This document shows, one piece after another, positions 39,331 through 52,310 of a DNA stretch of 64,000 nt (its first letter is position 1; every line of letters starts with the position of its first letter). Both the position numbers and the translations under genes were made by a program. Location: the NCBI GenBank assembly GCA_977030845.1, contig OZ365112.1, positions 8,184,001-8,248,000 of the forward strand, given 5' to 3'. This stretch comes from Fimbriosthenelais zetlandica (Eukaryota). The notes beneath the pieces are model-generated. The model saw only the letters and a list, made by a program, of their open reading frames with translations. It did no database searches and had not been told where the DNA came from.

Positions 39331-40513
39331 CACTTTAAGCTTTGATGGTCCATGCTGCCGACCGTGGGACTGATGAACTGTTTGATAAATGACATGTCAT
39401 TCAGTGCAAATCTCACTACTACATCATAGTTCAGATAGATATATTATAGACTGTAAACTAGTCAGATAATTTTGTGATTGTATGGTTGTTTTTATGATAA
39501 TTTCAACAATCGTTCAGTTATATAATGACGGTGTCTAATTGCGACATCTTCCCAAAGCTCTTTTATAGTGCTGTCTCACTTAGGTATCATGCTGAAGGCA
39601 CAAGACATGGTACCTCACCCAATCACATTATGATGAAACCAGGTCGACCAGTCCTAGCACTGTCCTCTTACTAGTGAGTGCCAAGTGCCGGAGCTCTGGT
39701 ATTCTAAAAATCCTAAAACAATCTGATCGTATTGGTCCTGCAATACACGTTTGACATAAAACATTCTAGGCATGTTCTTCTTTAAATGTTCTGTTTTCCT
39801 ATGCATTTTGCACGTGTGACAAAGCAGTTGCAGCAGTGCTTATTTATGACTTACCCAAAGGATATTTTCTCAGGCAAGTAAAGAAAGAATACTGCTTTAG
39901 AAAAATGAAATATTGAATGGAACTATATGCATTCCTGGCGGCAATTCATTGATTCCTCAAGATGAGCAGTTCACATTTGACTTGTTTGCTTGCCTTTCCA
40001 TTTCATGCCAGCCTTAGTTATTGGTACCGACATCGGGAAATATCAGAAACCGTATCTGGCCTTTCTGAAATAACTTATTCCATAAAAAGGATGATGGTCA
40101 GGAATAAAAACGGTCAGAAATAACTTGGTGACTGATCCAGTTTATGCCTTCCCGGCCAGTGTTATCAATCGACCCACACGTGAGAGCCTTGTTTCACGGG
40201 GCCATTTTAAAGCATTGCCCTCCCTCAGGGTGGGCCATTTGGATGCCGGCTTACATGACAGTCATTTGGTTACAATATTTCACATGCCAGAAGTGGGCCA
40301 ACTTTACAGAACCAAGCTCTATTAAAATGTGTTGTTGGTTTAATTTCCTATGGGAGCTGAGACGTTAAACATGTGTTATGGAGGCTCAAAATTATGTCAT
40401 AACATGATATGAAACCAATTAGTGCCACTTTAAACAGGGCTCTTTTTTTCTTTCGATACTTTTCAGATCTAAGATTACACATAATGTAGCTCCAAAATAA
40501 CATTGTAATTGTG

Positions 40514-40700
40514 CTATCTCTTTATCTCAGGAAAGCAATCGCCTTCCAGTAGGTTGCTTATCAAGATAGTGTCAGGTACCCCAAAGATGGTATGACAAAC
40601 CCCCATCAATTGAGTCACAGAGCAATTATACACATTATCAACTGAAGAAAGACCCGTGTTCATAGAGTGGGTCAAGTTGGTGTGACAAGAAGTGGGAGCA
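40514..40700 (-). mobile_element. Integrase core fragment (gypsy-like)
   Basis: 'HTIFGVPDTILISN..GDCF' resembles RFGVP..I.SD.G..F. Confidence 0.35.
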
Positions 40701-41144
40701 ATTGTTCTACTTGATTCATTTCTTAATGCCTTGAGGGGGTACGGGGGAAAATATGAGGGGACCTGAAAAATATGCACGAGAAATGAGCATGCCTGGCACG
40801 AAAGTAATTTGCTCAGCCAATGATAAAAGGTGCCTTCACTGGGATTCCTGCACGTGATAAACTGCATTCATGATTTCAAGTTGTAGTTTGTTGAGAAGGG
40901 ATCCAAAAACAAGCATATAAGTATTACCTGGATCGTATCTCATGCATACCTAAAGTCCATATTATATGTAAAGCATCGTATTGACTCCAACAGTTGCTTT
41001 TTGTCGCTTTTACACAGGCTGATACCTGGGGCATGTTTCAAAGGTTTCAAAAGGGATATTAGCCATTGTTAATATTCCTTTTGGGACAGGCCCCTGATCG
41101 AGAAGCAGGTTGTTGTAATGAAGGAAATTAAGATATTACTTATA

Positions 41145-41263
41145 TCAGTTCGGGACACTTCCAAATTTGGAAGCGCTTCCAATATTGGAAGCTTTAAGAT
41201 TCTGATTTCAGAATCGTTTCCGAGTTCGGAAGTGCTCCCAAATTTGGAGGTGTCCCGAACTGA
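41145..41263. mobile_element. 119-bp fold-back MITE flanked by TA (Tc1/mariner-type target site)
   Basis: TA at 41143-44 and 41264-65; termini (ta)tcagttcgggacacYtccaaatttgg match 27/28 as inverted repeats; pairing continues to a central gattctga-tt-tcagaatc hairpin. Confidence 0.8.
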
Positions 41264-42156
41264 TAGTTTAGTGGCCCTGTATCATAACATTGCAACCACA
41301 TTATATACATACAAATAATGGAGAGAGTCCTACAAGAGGCAATTTAGGAGTAGCGCCAATATATAGACGCTACATAAATTGCCACTGCACACAAAAAGCT
41401 AGGGTCATTTGTTATCATCTCTGCATTTGGTCCACTGGGAGAGGAAACGCTCTTGTCTGTCTTTGTAATTTAAAGTACCTGACAGATTGGAGGAGTGGAG
41501 AAATGGTGGCCCAGCGGGGCTAATAATTAGCACCTAATTTTTATCACGACCAATCTGAGGCCCTGCCATATTAGTCTCGTTAGGGCCTCAGCAGTCGATG
41601 GCACCTGGTATTAATAAGGAAGCAGTGGACTTAGAAGCTAGAGACATTATTGCCCCGTCCAATATATATATAAGAGAGCTGGCAGGTCGCGGCTTGATCT
41701 GCGGGTTTCGATTATTCAATGTCTCTTTTGCATGTGATCCATTGTGAATGGTGGGACTATAGGGGAACGCCCTATTCTCCCTGGGGAGGAGTAGGCTCCC
41801 TCTATCAGTCCTCCTACCCATACCTCCCCACCACTATTAACGTCTGTTTCACCTCCATGCCCTTCATTTACTTTCATTCTCTTCCCTATCATGTCATTTA
41901 TATTCAACCTTCTATTCCATTACCTTCCCATCTTTAATTTCATTGTTAATCTACTTAATTTTAACGGATCCTCATCAGGATCTTCTTCACTGACATAATA
42001 GTTCATGTTATTCATGGCATTCTCCACTCTCCATCGTCCTTTACTTTATTAAATCCAATTACAAATAAAGTGCTCCCTGTCCTAATTTATTTTTCTGTAT
42101 AAGATTTCTTCCCATGGCACCTAACAAAGTAAATCAATTTTTGTTGACATATACAG

Positions 42157-42545
42157 TTGGCACTATCTAAGGCATTCAAGTGTTTAATCTTGGCATTCGA
42201 GGCACGTTCTGGCAGACCATGGAGATTGGACGCATATAGGATTTGGGAGCAAGTTCCATCAAGAACAATTGAATCTCATCTATTGGACAAATCTGCCTTG
42301 ATACCCATTGGGGCCTGGCCTGCAGAGTTCCTCATTTACTGACACAGACAAATGCATTGTCAACATGACCATCTTTCGGGTGATGTGCCGTCCTTTGCGA
42401 TGCATGTTGAATAAAGGAATGTCACCCATGCACTGAAAAATATCGCCTTAGGGTTCAAGGAATCTTACTCAAAGGAGGTAGTATCAAGGGAGGAACAAGG
42501 GCCAGCTGAATTAAAGGCACTTGATGATGCCTTTTTGATTGTACG
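42157..42545 (+). mobile_element. LINE reverse transcriptase remnant
   Basis: Single frame: 'LSKAFKCL' (DLSKAFD.V), 'SHLLDKS' (SFL.DR), 'FLIY*' (LF.IY), 'ALDDAFLI' (YADD..LI). Confidence 0.45.
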
Positions 42546-42880
42546 TGTTTGTGTTTGATTCTACGTCTAGAGATTCCTTTGGCAAAACAAGAAAACAAAT
42601 TGTTATTGCGGGACAACACTGAACTGCAGTATTAGAAATTCCCTGTGTAAAGGTGGAAAAAAGTTTCACTGACTAAAAGAACAGCAGCCTGTTTACTCTG
42701 TATCTTTCCAGACCTTACAAGTCTCTCTCGTTTCCTGCCAATTTCAAGAAATCAAATGAGAGCCACTGTAGAGAAAGGTTTAAATATCTTGCACAATAAG
42801 CCTACAATGTGTCCTTTCAGCTGAGTTGGATATATATCTTACCTAAGTGGTTCCCATTAAAGTTAAATTCACTAGAATAC

Positions 42881-43066
42881 CTATGAATTCTTAAAGGTAT
42901 GGAATCGATGTGAACTCATACTTTTAGCGTGGGGAAGACCAAAGAGCTTGGTTGCTAAAGGGGTTTCCCCTTCGCTTGTTATATTAGAAAAATAATGTAG
43001 TATGGTAATGATCCACACATAGCCGGTGGGTGCTTCATGATATTTATATTCCCCCTCAGTAATCAT
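42881..43066 (-). mobile_element. Ty3/gypsy integrase core fragment
   Basis: 'GYVWIITILHYFSN...LFGLPHAKSMSSHRFHTF' resembles G..YILV..DYFSKW...RFGLP..I.SD.G.HF; spacing shortened. Confidence 0.5.
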
Positions 43067-44009
43067 CCTCCTATATTGAAATAATTAAAAGCTGGCATAG
43101 CGTGGCTTTACAGTCTCACTGATCCGTCTTGCTCAACCTGTTCTCAATCATGATGCACTATTTGGTTCACTAATGAAACAGTACAAGTCTCACTATAGAG
43201 AAGATATATGGGGTACTAAGGGTAGGATTTAAAGTACAATGCATCATTAGAATAAAAGGATTCTTATGTATTAAGTGACGCGGTAGGGCATTAAACTGGT
43301 TCTTTTGTAATGACCCACTCGTTTTTGAGTGCATCTTAGGAGAACGTAATTCTCTTCTCATTTCCTGATCATACAATACTACTATCAACTGTCCCTATTA
43401 GAGTGATTATTCGCATATTGGCATCGTTCAGAACCTTTCGCATGTTTGTTAAAGGCCCCTGATGTAAATAGGAAAGTGGAATGGGGAAGAGCCGTCACTA
43501 TTGCTTTATGGTGTAGGGAGTAACTTTATGAAAGCTCTGCACTCATCAAACAATGACCATTAAAACGGTAGAAATAGCAGGCTGGTGAGCGCCAATCCCT
43601 GGCCTTAATGGAAGTTCAATTTGCAGCTCAGAAAGCAGAGCAAATATTAAAACACAACCTACCACTTGGCCATTCATTTAATTGCAAAATTCTGGGCGTG
43701 AATGGGACATTGTGGCTTGGTAGGAAGAGAGCTAGGGGGCTGAGGATGAGCTCTGGATCAGAATAGATAAAATATTGACACCATTCGGGGAAGGATGGTG
43801 AAGTACTAGGCTCAATCCCAAGCGACAAGCCCCAGATAAACATTTTATACTTGATACGCTCAAGCCATTTAATTCAAGAAGCTTTTTTCAAGGCTCCAAG
43901 CCACAATGGTAGTTTTCTAATTCAAGATAAATCTCCAAGCAGAGTATAAATGCTTGACAGGCTGTTTTTTAAGTATATCCTCCACTAAATATTAAATGTT
44001 AGCCACAAT

Positions 44010-45273
44010 AAATGCCACCAGGGTGGAGAACGCCCGGTGTGATGGGAATTTATCAAGCCGTGATCAGTTTCTCTCTGTGTGTCATGAGAAGGGTGGCAGA
44101 GATAAGGGTGAAACCAGTGCGAGGATGACAATCACTCCTCTATGTGCTGTAGATGCATTAAATCAAGGGAGAAGGCATGGTTATTAATAGTCGGTGGAGG
44201 TGTGACTGGCTCTCGCATGCTGGCAGCTGGCTTCAGGCTCGGCTCCAGGCACAAGAAGTGAGTTTTAACTATAAAAAGAGCCACAGCAGACAGGAGGTCC
44301 ATTTGATGAAAGGAAGAGAACACGCTTCAATTGCAAATTGCCCTCCGCCGACCCTCAACAGTGGAGGGGATGGGTGAGAGACGGGAGGTGTCCTGAATGG
44401 CTTAATCACACATTACATTGTGGTGTCTGCTACTGTTTTTTTAGCAGGAAGATAGACCTAAAGATCAGTGTTACTTGGAGTTGATTTCAAGGTTTATCAT
44501 GATGGATTGGTTCACAAGTGAATGACAACTCCAGATAATTTCCGTTTACATTCCAAGCCACTTGTCTTCCTCCTCGCAACAACATTTGACAGCTAGACTT
44601 TCTAAAAAGATCTCTAGTGAAATTGTTGGAAAATCCTTTTCACAATGGCGTCTACACAGCCGTCTGTCTTCTAGCTAAGCCGTTGTTTTTGGCAGACAGA
44701 ATATGGTCTTTGATCTTTATAATCTTCACGTGCACTAGGGAAGCGCATTAATGAGCAAATCAAGATCATTGATCAAGGGATCAATTACGCCATAACTGGG
44801 GGATTGATCACCTGGACAAAGGGCTTAGATCCCCATCACAGTGGGTTAATATTTAGAGAGCGCCCTCTATCTCTTATACTCCCTCTGATTATCACCTATC
44901 TATTTTCATATCACCATATGCTTGTTGTTGTCACAAGCTTCCGATCGGCCACAGAAAGCAAACACAAATCTTTTTTTATCTTTTCAAGTTCTCCAGCTAG
45001 GTTGTCGGGCATGTAAATAGCCTCGAACGATAGTGATTGATGCGCATGCGGAACCTTCCGCAACGCTTCCCCGGCGTAAGTAGGAAAGTATTCCAACGCA
45101 GCATGACCCCGTGGACCCTTAAGTGGTAAACCCGTAGGTAACGACGTGACGTGAGCAATTCACCACCTCCACACCTGGAGGCGCCACTATAGGTACAGGA
45201 CTAGTGGGCATTTGGTGACGCTTTAAACTCCATTCTCAATAAGCTCAATACTGCGTTACTGAGGGGGGTGTTG
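44010..45273 (+). mobile_element. Ty1/copia pol remnant (integrase, RT end, RNase H) ending in a PPT and the start of the 3' LTR
   Basis: 'RCDG..SRDQFLSVCHEKG' (INT core), 'TTPDNFRL', 'VGKSF..AV', 'KRINEQIKIIDQGINY' (KRILRYLKGT.D.GI.Y), 'FRSATESKHKS' (RSSTESEYRA); GAGGGGGG at 45261-45268 directly followed by TGTTG. Confidence 0.55.
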
Positions 45274-45539
45274 GGGGAAGGCCACCATTGTGAACATAGG
45301 GCCACCTTCTATCCCCTGAAAAGACTCTTAGAGAAAGGGTAAGGATCGGGGAAGGTCCTTCTATCAGAGTGAAACATGGCTTGCCAACGGTGGAGGCCGA
45401 TAGGGGAGCCCCGGGGAGATTAAGGTGAAATCTTTGTGTCTAACCTGGTTTGTATCCTTGGGCTGAGGCAGTGGTTTTTATCACCTCCCATCACTAAAGC
45501 ACCCCTCCCTCATCCACTCACTGAGATGTCAGGACTCAG

Positions 45540-45870
45540 ACAGCCTCAATATCTATTAACCCCACCTGATGATAGGAGGATAAGACTGAGTGAGAGGGAA
45601 CACCAGAGGAAAATGGCTGTCCAGGAGATTGAAATTAGACGGCTGTTGAGAAGTTGATTTGGAGCGGGTGAAAAGTGATAGGAGATCCTTGTTTGGCTGG
45701 GTCTATATAACAGCAATGGAATTGGCTTTCTCGAGATTGTTTGAAAGGTAGGAGTCCTAAATTAGAGTTAGTGGTAAATGTAAGTTTGGGCTCGTTGTTT
45801 GCTGCCCCCTGCTCCAAGTCATTTCACAACATTCATGAGCAGGTCCATTAGGGAACATATTTCATATTCT
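45540..45870 (+). mobile_element. Ty3/gypsy RT remnant
   Basis: 'AVQEIEIRRLL' (EI..LL), frameshifted 'FGL..APSHFTTFMSRSIREHI' (PFGL.NAP.TF...M). Confidence 0.35.
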
Positions 45871-46849
45871 ACCTTCGCCAAACTCTATTCGCCTCGAATA
45901 TCATATATTTAAGTAAGTTGGTAATCAAGATTATTAGATTTTGTTAGCAATTGTGTTATCTCACACACAGATATCAGTAATTCGAAACATTTATGCCTGA
46001 GGTATAGGTTCCTTTTATATGTACTACTATGATGTTAACCTGCGTTCATCACACTTTTCCATATACTACTGACTGACCTTCGTAAGGCGCCTTATGTCAA
46101 GCGCCTCTATCCTTTCGACCTTGGTCCTGTATTTGACATTGTATTTCACAGTGTATGACACTATAAGGCATGGGATACCTTCTGAGGTTATTAATTTATT
46201 GTCTTGGACCTTGTTACCAAGTGTACCAATGAAGAAATACAGTCATTGGTGACCAATATAGTCATAGATGTTATTGCAGTGTCGGCGGTTATGGCCAGAA
46301 GGTTTCAGCAAGCATGAAAGATTAAGCCATGCGGATAGTAGCGAGCCGAAATGAGAAAGAAAGTACTGCGGCGCCTGACAGGAGGGATCTGCCGTTTTGT
46401 AACATGCCAAAGGGCAACTGGCGGGTGGCTGGAAAGCAAAGACTTCGTTAATTATTCACGATAATTGCCCGGCTCATGGACGCCCAGGCATGACAAGGTG
46501 TAAAAGTGTTCAGGGAAAAAGTGGCCACGTTGTCGGGAACAGCTCCATCCTAATCCCCGGACAGAATTTGTAAGCAATCCCGGGCTGGGCCGGAGCATTT
46601 AAATATCACCAGCAATCTGGATTATTATTATGATTGATTGTGCAGCCTTTATTGTCTTTACATAGGAAGAGCTTTTCATAGTGTATTTATATTTCCCATT
46701 ATAGCGGCCCATTTTAAGAGTCATTATCGTAATTGGCCGTTTAATCAGGGTAACGGAAGGTATGGCTTGATTTAGACAGTACAATGAATTATTACCACCA
46801 TTACTTTCAAATCAAGCTAGGGAAAAAGCCGCATAAATACCACCAGGCA

Positions 46850-46930
46850 TGTGAAGGGAACATTTACTCCAGTCATGATCTGAAGTTTCATTTGAGATCC
46901 GTCCTCCGAGCATTGATGGGTCTGATAAGA
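46850..46930 (+). mobile_element. Ty3/gypsy RT fragment just downstream of the YxDD position
   Basis: 'NIYSSHDLKFHLRSVLRAL' resembles IYS...EH..HLR.VL..L. Confidence 0.35.
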
Positions 46931-48254
46931 AGGACATTGTATCATTCAAGATTCTTGATGACGTCCTCGTTGTAAACTTCTCCTTCTATTAGAGTCTCAA
47001 GCAGGTATTTCCCAGTAATATATGGCTCAAATAAGCCCTTATACAGCTCTAGAGGCCTTGATTCCATCCCAATGAATTCTCAATCAGAGAGTCCTTTTCT
47101 CTTTCTGGTCTTTTAGGAATAGTATTAGAGGGAGAAACAATGGGAGGGTTTTGTTAGATGAAAGCTGAACAAAGAGCCCACCTGTGACATGGCAGGCCCT
47201 TATCAGACCATGTCCTGCTGACCCGGTGAGCTGGTCTGACACAGTAAGCTTGTGTAAATGTAATCTAAACTGAACCATTGGAACGGGGTCAGTGGGGGCA
47301 GCAAGGGTCAGCATGACCTCTCCGGTGCCTCACTGCATTACAGGACCACTGTGGCTGGACGATATACCACCCGTCAAACCCCATTCTGGTTACCACCATC
47401 CAAACACACTCACATATGGAAAACATCTCCTCTTTGAAGAAACCCACTCACCCATCCATCTCCCTCTTTGTTTTTCTCTCCCAGCTTAATGATGAACCAC
47501 AGCAATCATCATTTGACCCCTCCTTTCATAAGGTAATTCAGGACAAGTGAAACCAAAAAATGAGATGATTTTACAGAAGCTTGGGAAATGACAAGGGAAT
47601 GTTTTATCAGTGGCAGGGCCATTGGAGGCAGTTGTACTTTTTGCTTGATTATGCCCGACATGACCCGCCCCTGTTGGTCAGTGGTGGAAGCTTGAAAGTG
47701 GAGAACATTGGTCAATACTCTACTCAGGAATGGCTTCATTGTATGGGTTTCCATTGCACACACATTCTTGGCAAACTCCCAATGTTATGGCTCTTTGAAA
47801 AGGGAGTGTTTGGAGCAGGGAGTGTGAAGAGGTTCTCGACCTAGAATGCAGTTGGGTGTTGACTTTAGGTACAACATACTTGTACTCTCCATTATAGGCG
47901 ATAACTCTTTCCATTGTATTTGATTGTATTTGTTGCAAATCTGTTAGGAAACTGGGGTATCATCAAGAAATAACCTCGACTACGAGGTGTTGATTAGATT
48001 TCATCTATGATTTTTAAGCAATAATACAATTAATCAAGTTTCAGGGGAAACTATGTCAGCAAGGTCCAATTATGAGTTGCATAGAAATAACTAACTCTGA
48101 CATTAGACATGAAATTCACAGGTCTGAACAAATCTTGAATCAATTCAGTGCGCTCTCCCAGAATCACGTCGTCCCATTATTTCCTAATCACAGCCACTAA
48201 ATGCAATGGTGCAAGTCATGGGCATTTAATCCAGGAACCACGACACATTTCCGA

Positions 48255-49278
48255 TTAAAGGAAGGCTACCAACTTCAGGTTTTCTGCTGCCAAATGGTAG
48301 CCTGCAGTCATTAAAGGAATCACCTCAGTGGTCAAGCACGATGACTGGCAGGTTGGTGACTGACCAGCCCCTCTCTCCATCACACCCTTGGTTGGATCAT
48401 TGACATATTGAACACTTATTACAAGGGAGTGGTCGCCAGCTCTCATAGCCTCGCCTTATATCCGCAGGCCAGTCCATAATAGATATAAATAACTCTGCTG
48501 GGCCTCCTCACACTGCCCCATATACCACAGACTGTGCAAATCCCTTCGCCCGGCACGGCTAGAAGGCGAGGCGAGTGTGTGGACGATGGAAAAGATTCGA
48601 CAGTGCGAGAGGGAATCCATGGCTTGGGGACAATGCTCCACTTGCGATATTGTTTGGAAAGTAATGAGCTCTCAGAGGAAAGCGTGACAACATGTCTGAA
48701 ACCCGTTCACCAACGGCTTTAGTTGGTGGTTCCAGGCTTTTCTTCGAGGAAATAGGACCAGGCTGCACCCCTACCCCCAACACAACATGAGCGATAATTG
48801 GAGACAGGGTTGAAAAGTGGATGGCAAGATGGCTGCCATGTAGCAGCCCCTCAGTGCATAGAGATTCAGTAGAGTCTAGCTTTTTCAGAAGGTCTCGAAA
48901 GTAGAGACTAGATACCGGTAAATGGCGAAGCCAATGAATATAACCGCACCATCTGCTGCAATTCCTATCAACCCATTACCAAATGGATGCAGTGCTTTTA
49001 AAAATATCTCACCAACGCCAGCTCTATCCTATCCTACACAAGGAGTGATGGGATGGTAGGGAAGAATTTTGCTTGCTTAAACATGTGTCCAATATGATCA
49101 AGCTGATTTCAGGTACATCATGATATGATACCAACAAACAGCAGGGATGGGAGGATGAAGGAAAGTATCGAGCAGTAGGGTTCTCTGAAGCTGGGTTTCT
49201 TGACAAAAGCATTGCCTTAATTGGGTCTGCAGGAACCTTCCCTTTGATGTGGCATTTGTAACATTGTAAGCAGAACAT
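48255..49278 (-). mobile_element. Ty3/gypsy RT-RNase H remnant
   Basis: Correct order on the minus strand: 'PSSSHPCCLLV..D....ILD..LSKQNSSLP' (PS.SP..LV.KKD..R.C.DYR.LN..PLP), 'HPFG', 'IAHVVLGVGVQPGP' (LGH..S..G..PDP), 'LASP....RRD...WYMGQCEEA' (IA.PL....KD..F.W...C.EAF), 'NDPTKGV' (TDAS..G). Confidence 0.6.
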
Positions 49279-49399
49279 CGGTATTTGCTCAGAAAATGAT
49301 TTTTTTATTTGATGTGCCTAAAACATTATGATGACCCACTCTTGCGTTCATGTACTGATCCCCTGAAGCAATGGGAACAATGTATAATGTACTTATGTT

Positions 49400-50186
49400 T
49401 CTATTTCTGAAATGCAGAGAAACCATATGTGAAGAATTACAAATAAACTGAATGACATTTAGCATTGGTCTTTAAGGAACTTCGTATCATGATTATATTG
49501 TGAATTTCCTTCTCGGATCCACTTGTCATCAGCAAAAAATGCTTTTAAATGAATCGTGTATATATATGCAAATCTATATCAACAGAGTTGTTTTTTGCAA
49601 TAAAATGCATTAAAACATGGTTGAACATATTGGCAATATGTCTTAGCAATTACTGAGCATGATAATCAACCCATATAGAGTTTTAAATAAGAAGGTATAG
49701 AAGTAGGAGAGGTATTGAGATAATGAAGTGATCTAATGGTTGTCAGAGATGGCCTGGGGGTTATCTTGTCAACTATCCTCCACATGTCATGGGAACACCT
49801 TGTCAGTCACGCTCGCCAATGATTGTGGCAATTATCAGCGACAGTGTTATGAGATTCAGCAGTATTGCCAATCAATATATAAATTATATCAATACAATGT
49901 ATATCCATAGTAGATGCTTCAACGCTTTAAAGCCAGTACTCCACTGTTGCGATATTGCTTAATTGAGACAAAGGTGATACTTGTGTCGCAATAAATTATA
50001 TTTTGGTCGAAGGTTATCCTCCACTGGTACATTTTCATGGCAATACAAGCATTGGAATACTGCCTTTAGTTGAAACATCACGGTCATTGCCTTTTCATAT
50101 ATATATAACTTCAACATCAAATATGTGTCAATCAATAAACAGATATGATTGGAACAATGGCTCTTTATACACATGTACTTCCACAA
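49400..50186 (-). pseudogene. PPR (PLS-class)-like relic
   Basis: 'CLLIDTYLMLK..YEKAMTVMFQ' (LIDMY.KCG...A..VF), 'KVFP*HVEDS*' (VF..M....SW), 'KEIHNII' (GKEIH..I). Confidence 0.3.
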
Positions 50187-50339
50187 AGCCTTTCATACGT
50201 GACCGCAAGACACCTTTTTAAACATTTAAACACAGTATTGTTCGTTTATGTTTCAATCTAAGATGTTTTATCTTACATAAATGGACACATATTCCCCAGT
50301 ACGTTCACCTGAGTCATATTGATCCAGTAAAGAATTTCC

Positions 50340-50636
50340 TCTTGCAAAAGAATAGGAGCAGAGGGAGGGAAAGGACTTGGTTGGTGCCATGGATCAGGAA
50401 GGCGCTTGGTCCTATAGTCTTGTATATGTATAAAAACCGATTCACGGCAATCGCCTGCGGTTTCTCAATGGAAAAAGAATTGGATCAGAGAGTCCATTGT
50501 TCTCTGACGGTCGCGTATGACAGGTGATCGATGGTTGGCCCAAGTGGCACTTCATGGGCGCAGCCATGAACCCTTTAATAAGGGACCTTTTTATCTCACT
50601 GCTTCCAGTGCATTCTGCCTCAAGGGCAGGAAGCAA
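50340..50636 (-). mobile_element. Ty3/gypsy integrase fragment
   Basis: 'CHLGQPSITCHTRPSENNGLS' (GI.H..S.PY.P..NG) followed by 'YIYKTIGPSAFLIHG...LP' (YN....TG.SPF.L.YG...LP). Confidence 0.4.
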
Positions 50637-51149
50637 TGTTCCATGTACACCGCGCGATGCATGGCTCGCAGCAGAAATGGTTCCTGATAACCATTCAAGT
50701 AGCCCTTAAGGGCAAGCTATGGTTGTTCCTGCAACACATTATGATGCAGGAAACGAAGAAAAAATACATTGAAAATAAAATCTAAAAGGATATAAAACAC
50801 CTAATGAAGGCGTGACAATAGCTCCATCGGAATATATGTTACATACATTATCCATTTTACCTGTATCTCTTTGATGCTATCTGAGTGGAAAGACACACAT
50901 ATATATTGTAACAATACAGAACAATCCATTAGATTATTTATCCATGCGTGTAACACATTTTCCTGTAAGGTGCTATGTTAAGTGACAATTTCCTGTGTAT
51001 TAATGCAGGTGTGTAAAACAATAACCGCGCTTAACAATGAAAGCAAAGCTTCCCTTTGGTACAGAAAGTTGTTTCTAATGAGAAGGAAGAAGTTCACAGA
51101 GTGTGGGTATAGAAAACATATAGGAAGTGGCTGGTATATGAGACTATGA

Positions 51150-52310
51150 TAATAGATGCTACCGGTACATGATCGGGATGAGAGGGGGTCCACCTGTGGC
51201 ATACACAAACATGCACCCAACCAATAAATCCAGTCCCCCTTTAATAAGGCTCCGCAATGATACCTTACCAAGTAATTTAACATGTTGGCAATCCCCCCTT
51301 TAATCTTCAATCCAAGCACATGCCGATGTTATTTATCTTGGGTACATCTTCCTCATTTAAAAGGGTGTACATAACTTTGAAGGCAGACCACGTGCATGCT
51401 TCATTAGGCTCCCAGGAAAATTTATCCTGGTGGCATTTAACTTCATCACAGGGTATTTGTATTGCAAGAACTCATTTTACATCCCGGACAAATCACTACT
51501 GAACAGATTATGAAATAGGGTGGGGCATTATTTCAAGGGGGAACCTCTTTAGTTCAGACAGGACAAGTTCTACCGAAGATCTTACTGAATAAATTCAGTC
51601 TAAAATAAATTGCCATAGACATATGACATACAAAACTCTCGATCTAGTAACAACCTCTCAGCAGCTTCAATCTATAATCTGTACCCACAAAGAGAATTAA
51701 ACTAACCACTTATTTTGTCTAGGATCATGCTGATAATCATGTTGCATAAATGTTATATTTTGTGGAATTTAAAACAGCAATAGCATGTAGGGGGTATGAA
51801 TAGAAAGCACATCAATATAGGGTACAATGTCTCTATTATCATCTAGCCGGAGGGTATAAACTAGCTCAAAATCTTTACAATCAGGGGCCTTCATCAATAG
51901 CCCAGCACAAAGCCCCGACAACGTCCGTCTCACGTCAGGAACCACATACAACAATGAAGTTCATATTCTGGTGTAGGTCACATTATGAAAACAATACACT
52001 ACGCCTCCCTATCTCTTACAACCCAGACAAAGAGGTTGACATTTTCTATACAGATCCCCTATGAGCCATTACCTGGTATCAATTGAAAAAAGGCTAACTC
52101 TTTTCGTCCTATTCCCTTTCTATCCAACTATCCGATTTGCTATATGACCCGTATGCGTGTCCGCCTTTATCCAGGGTCATGACCAGTCATTGATTCCAGC
52201 CCAATATGGCATCTTTCTGGCTGAGTATCGAGACATAAAGCATATTTTCCAATGATATGGCCATGCGAACATATCGAGGTGATCTGATTACAGACTCATG
52301 GCGCCCCACC
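51150..52310 (-). mobile_element. L1-type LINE RT plus C-terminal remnant
   Basis: 'ISLENMLY', 'TLD..HAYG..DSW...PFFN*' (LD..KAYD..W..F..W), 'VRRTLSGL', 'IHTPYMLLLF', 'KFSW...VPK..IGM', 'KGGI....ALLKGDWI' (GGLG....ALL.KW) in order. Confidence 0.45.

Noticed and set aside
43809-43819. ggctcaatccc, resembling a Pol III B-box (tRNA/SINE)
   Set aside because: No A-box at the right distance and no cloverleaf.
46317-46332. aaagattaagccatgc, identical to a conserved 16-mer near the 5' end of 18S rRNA; other rRNA-like snippets nearby (e.g. ttgtcggg at ~46533)
   Set aside because: The flanks do not continue the rRNA sequence, so this is at most a tiny fragment or a chance match and not an rRNA gene.
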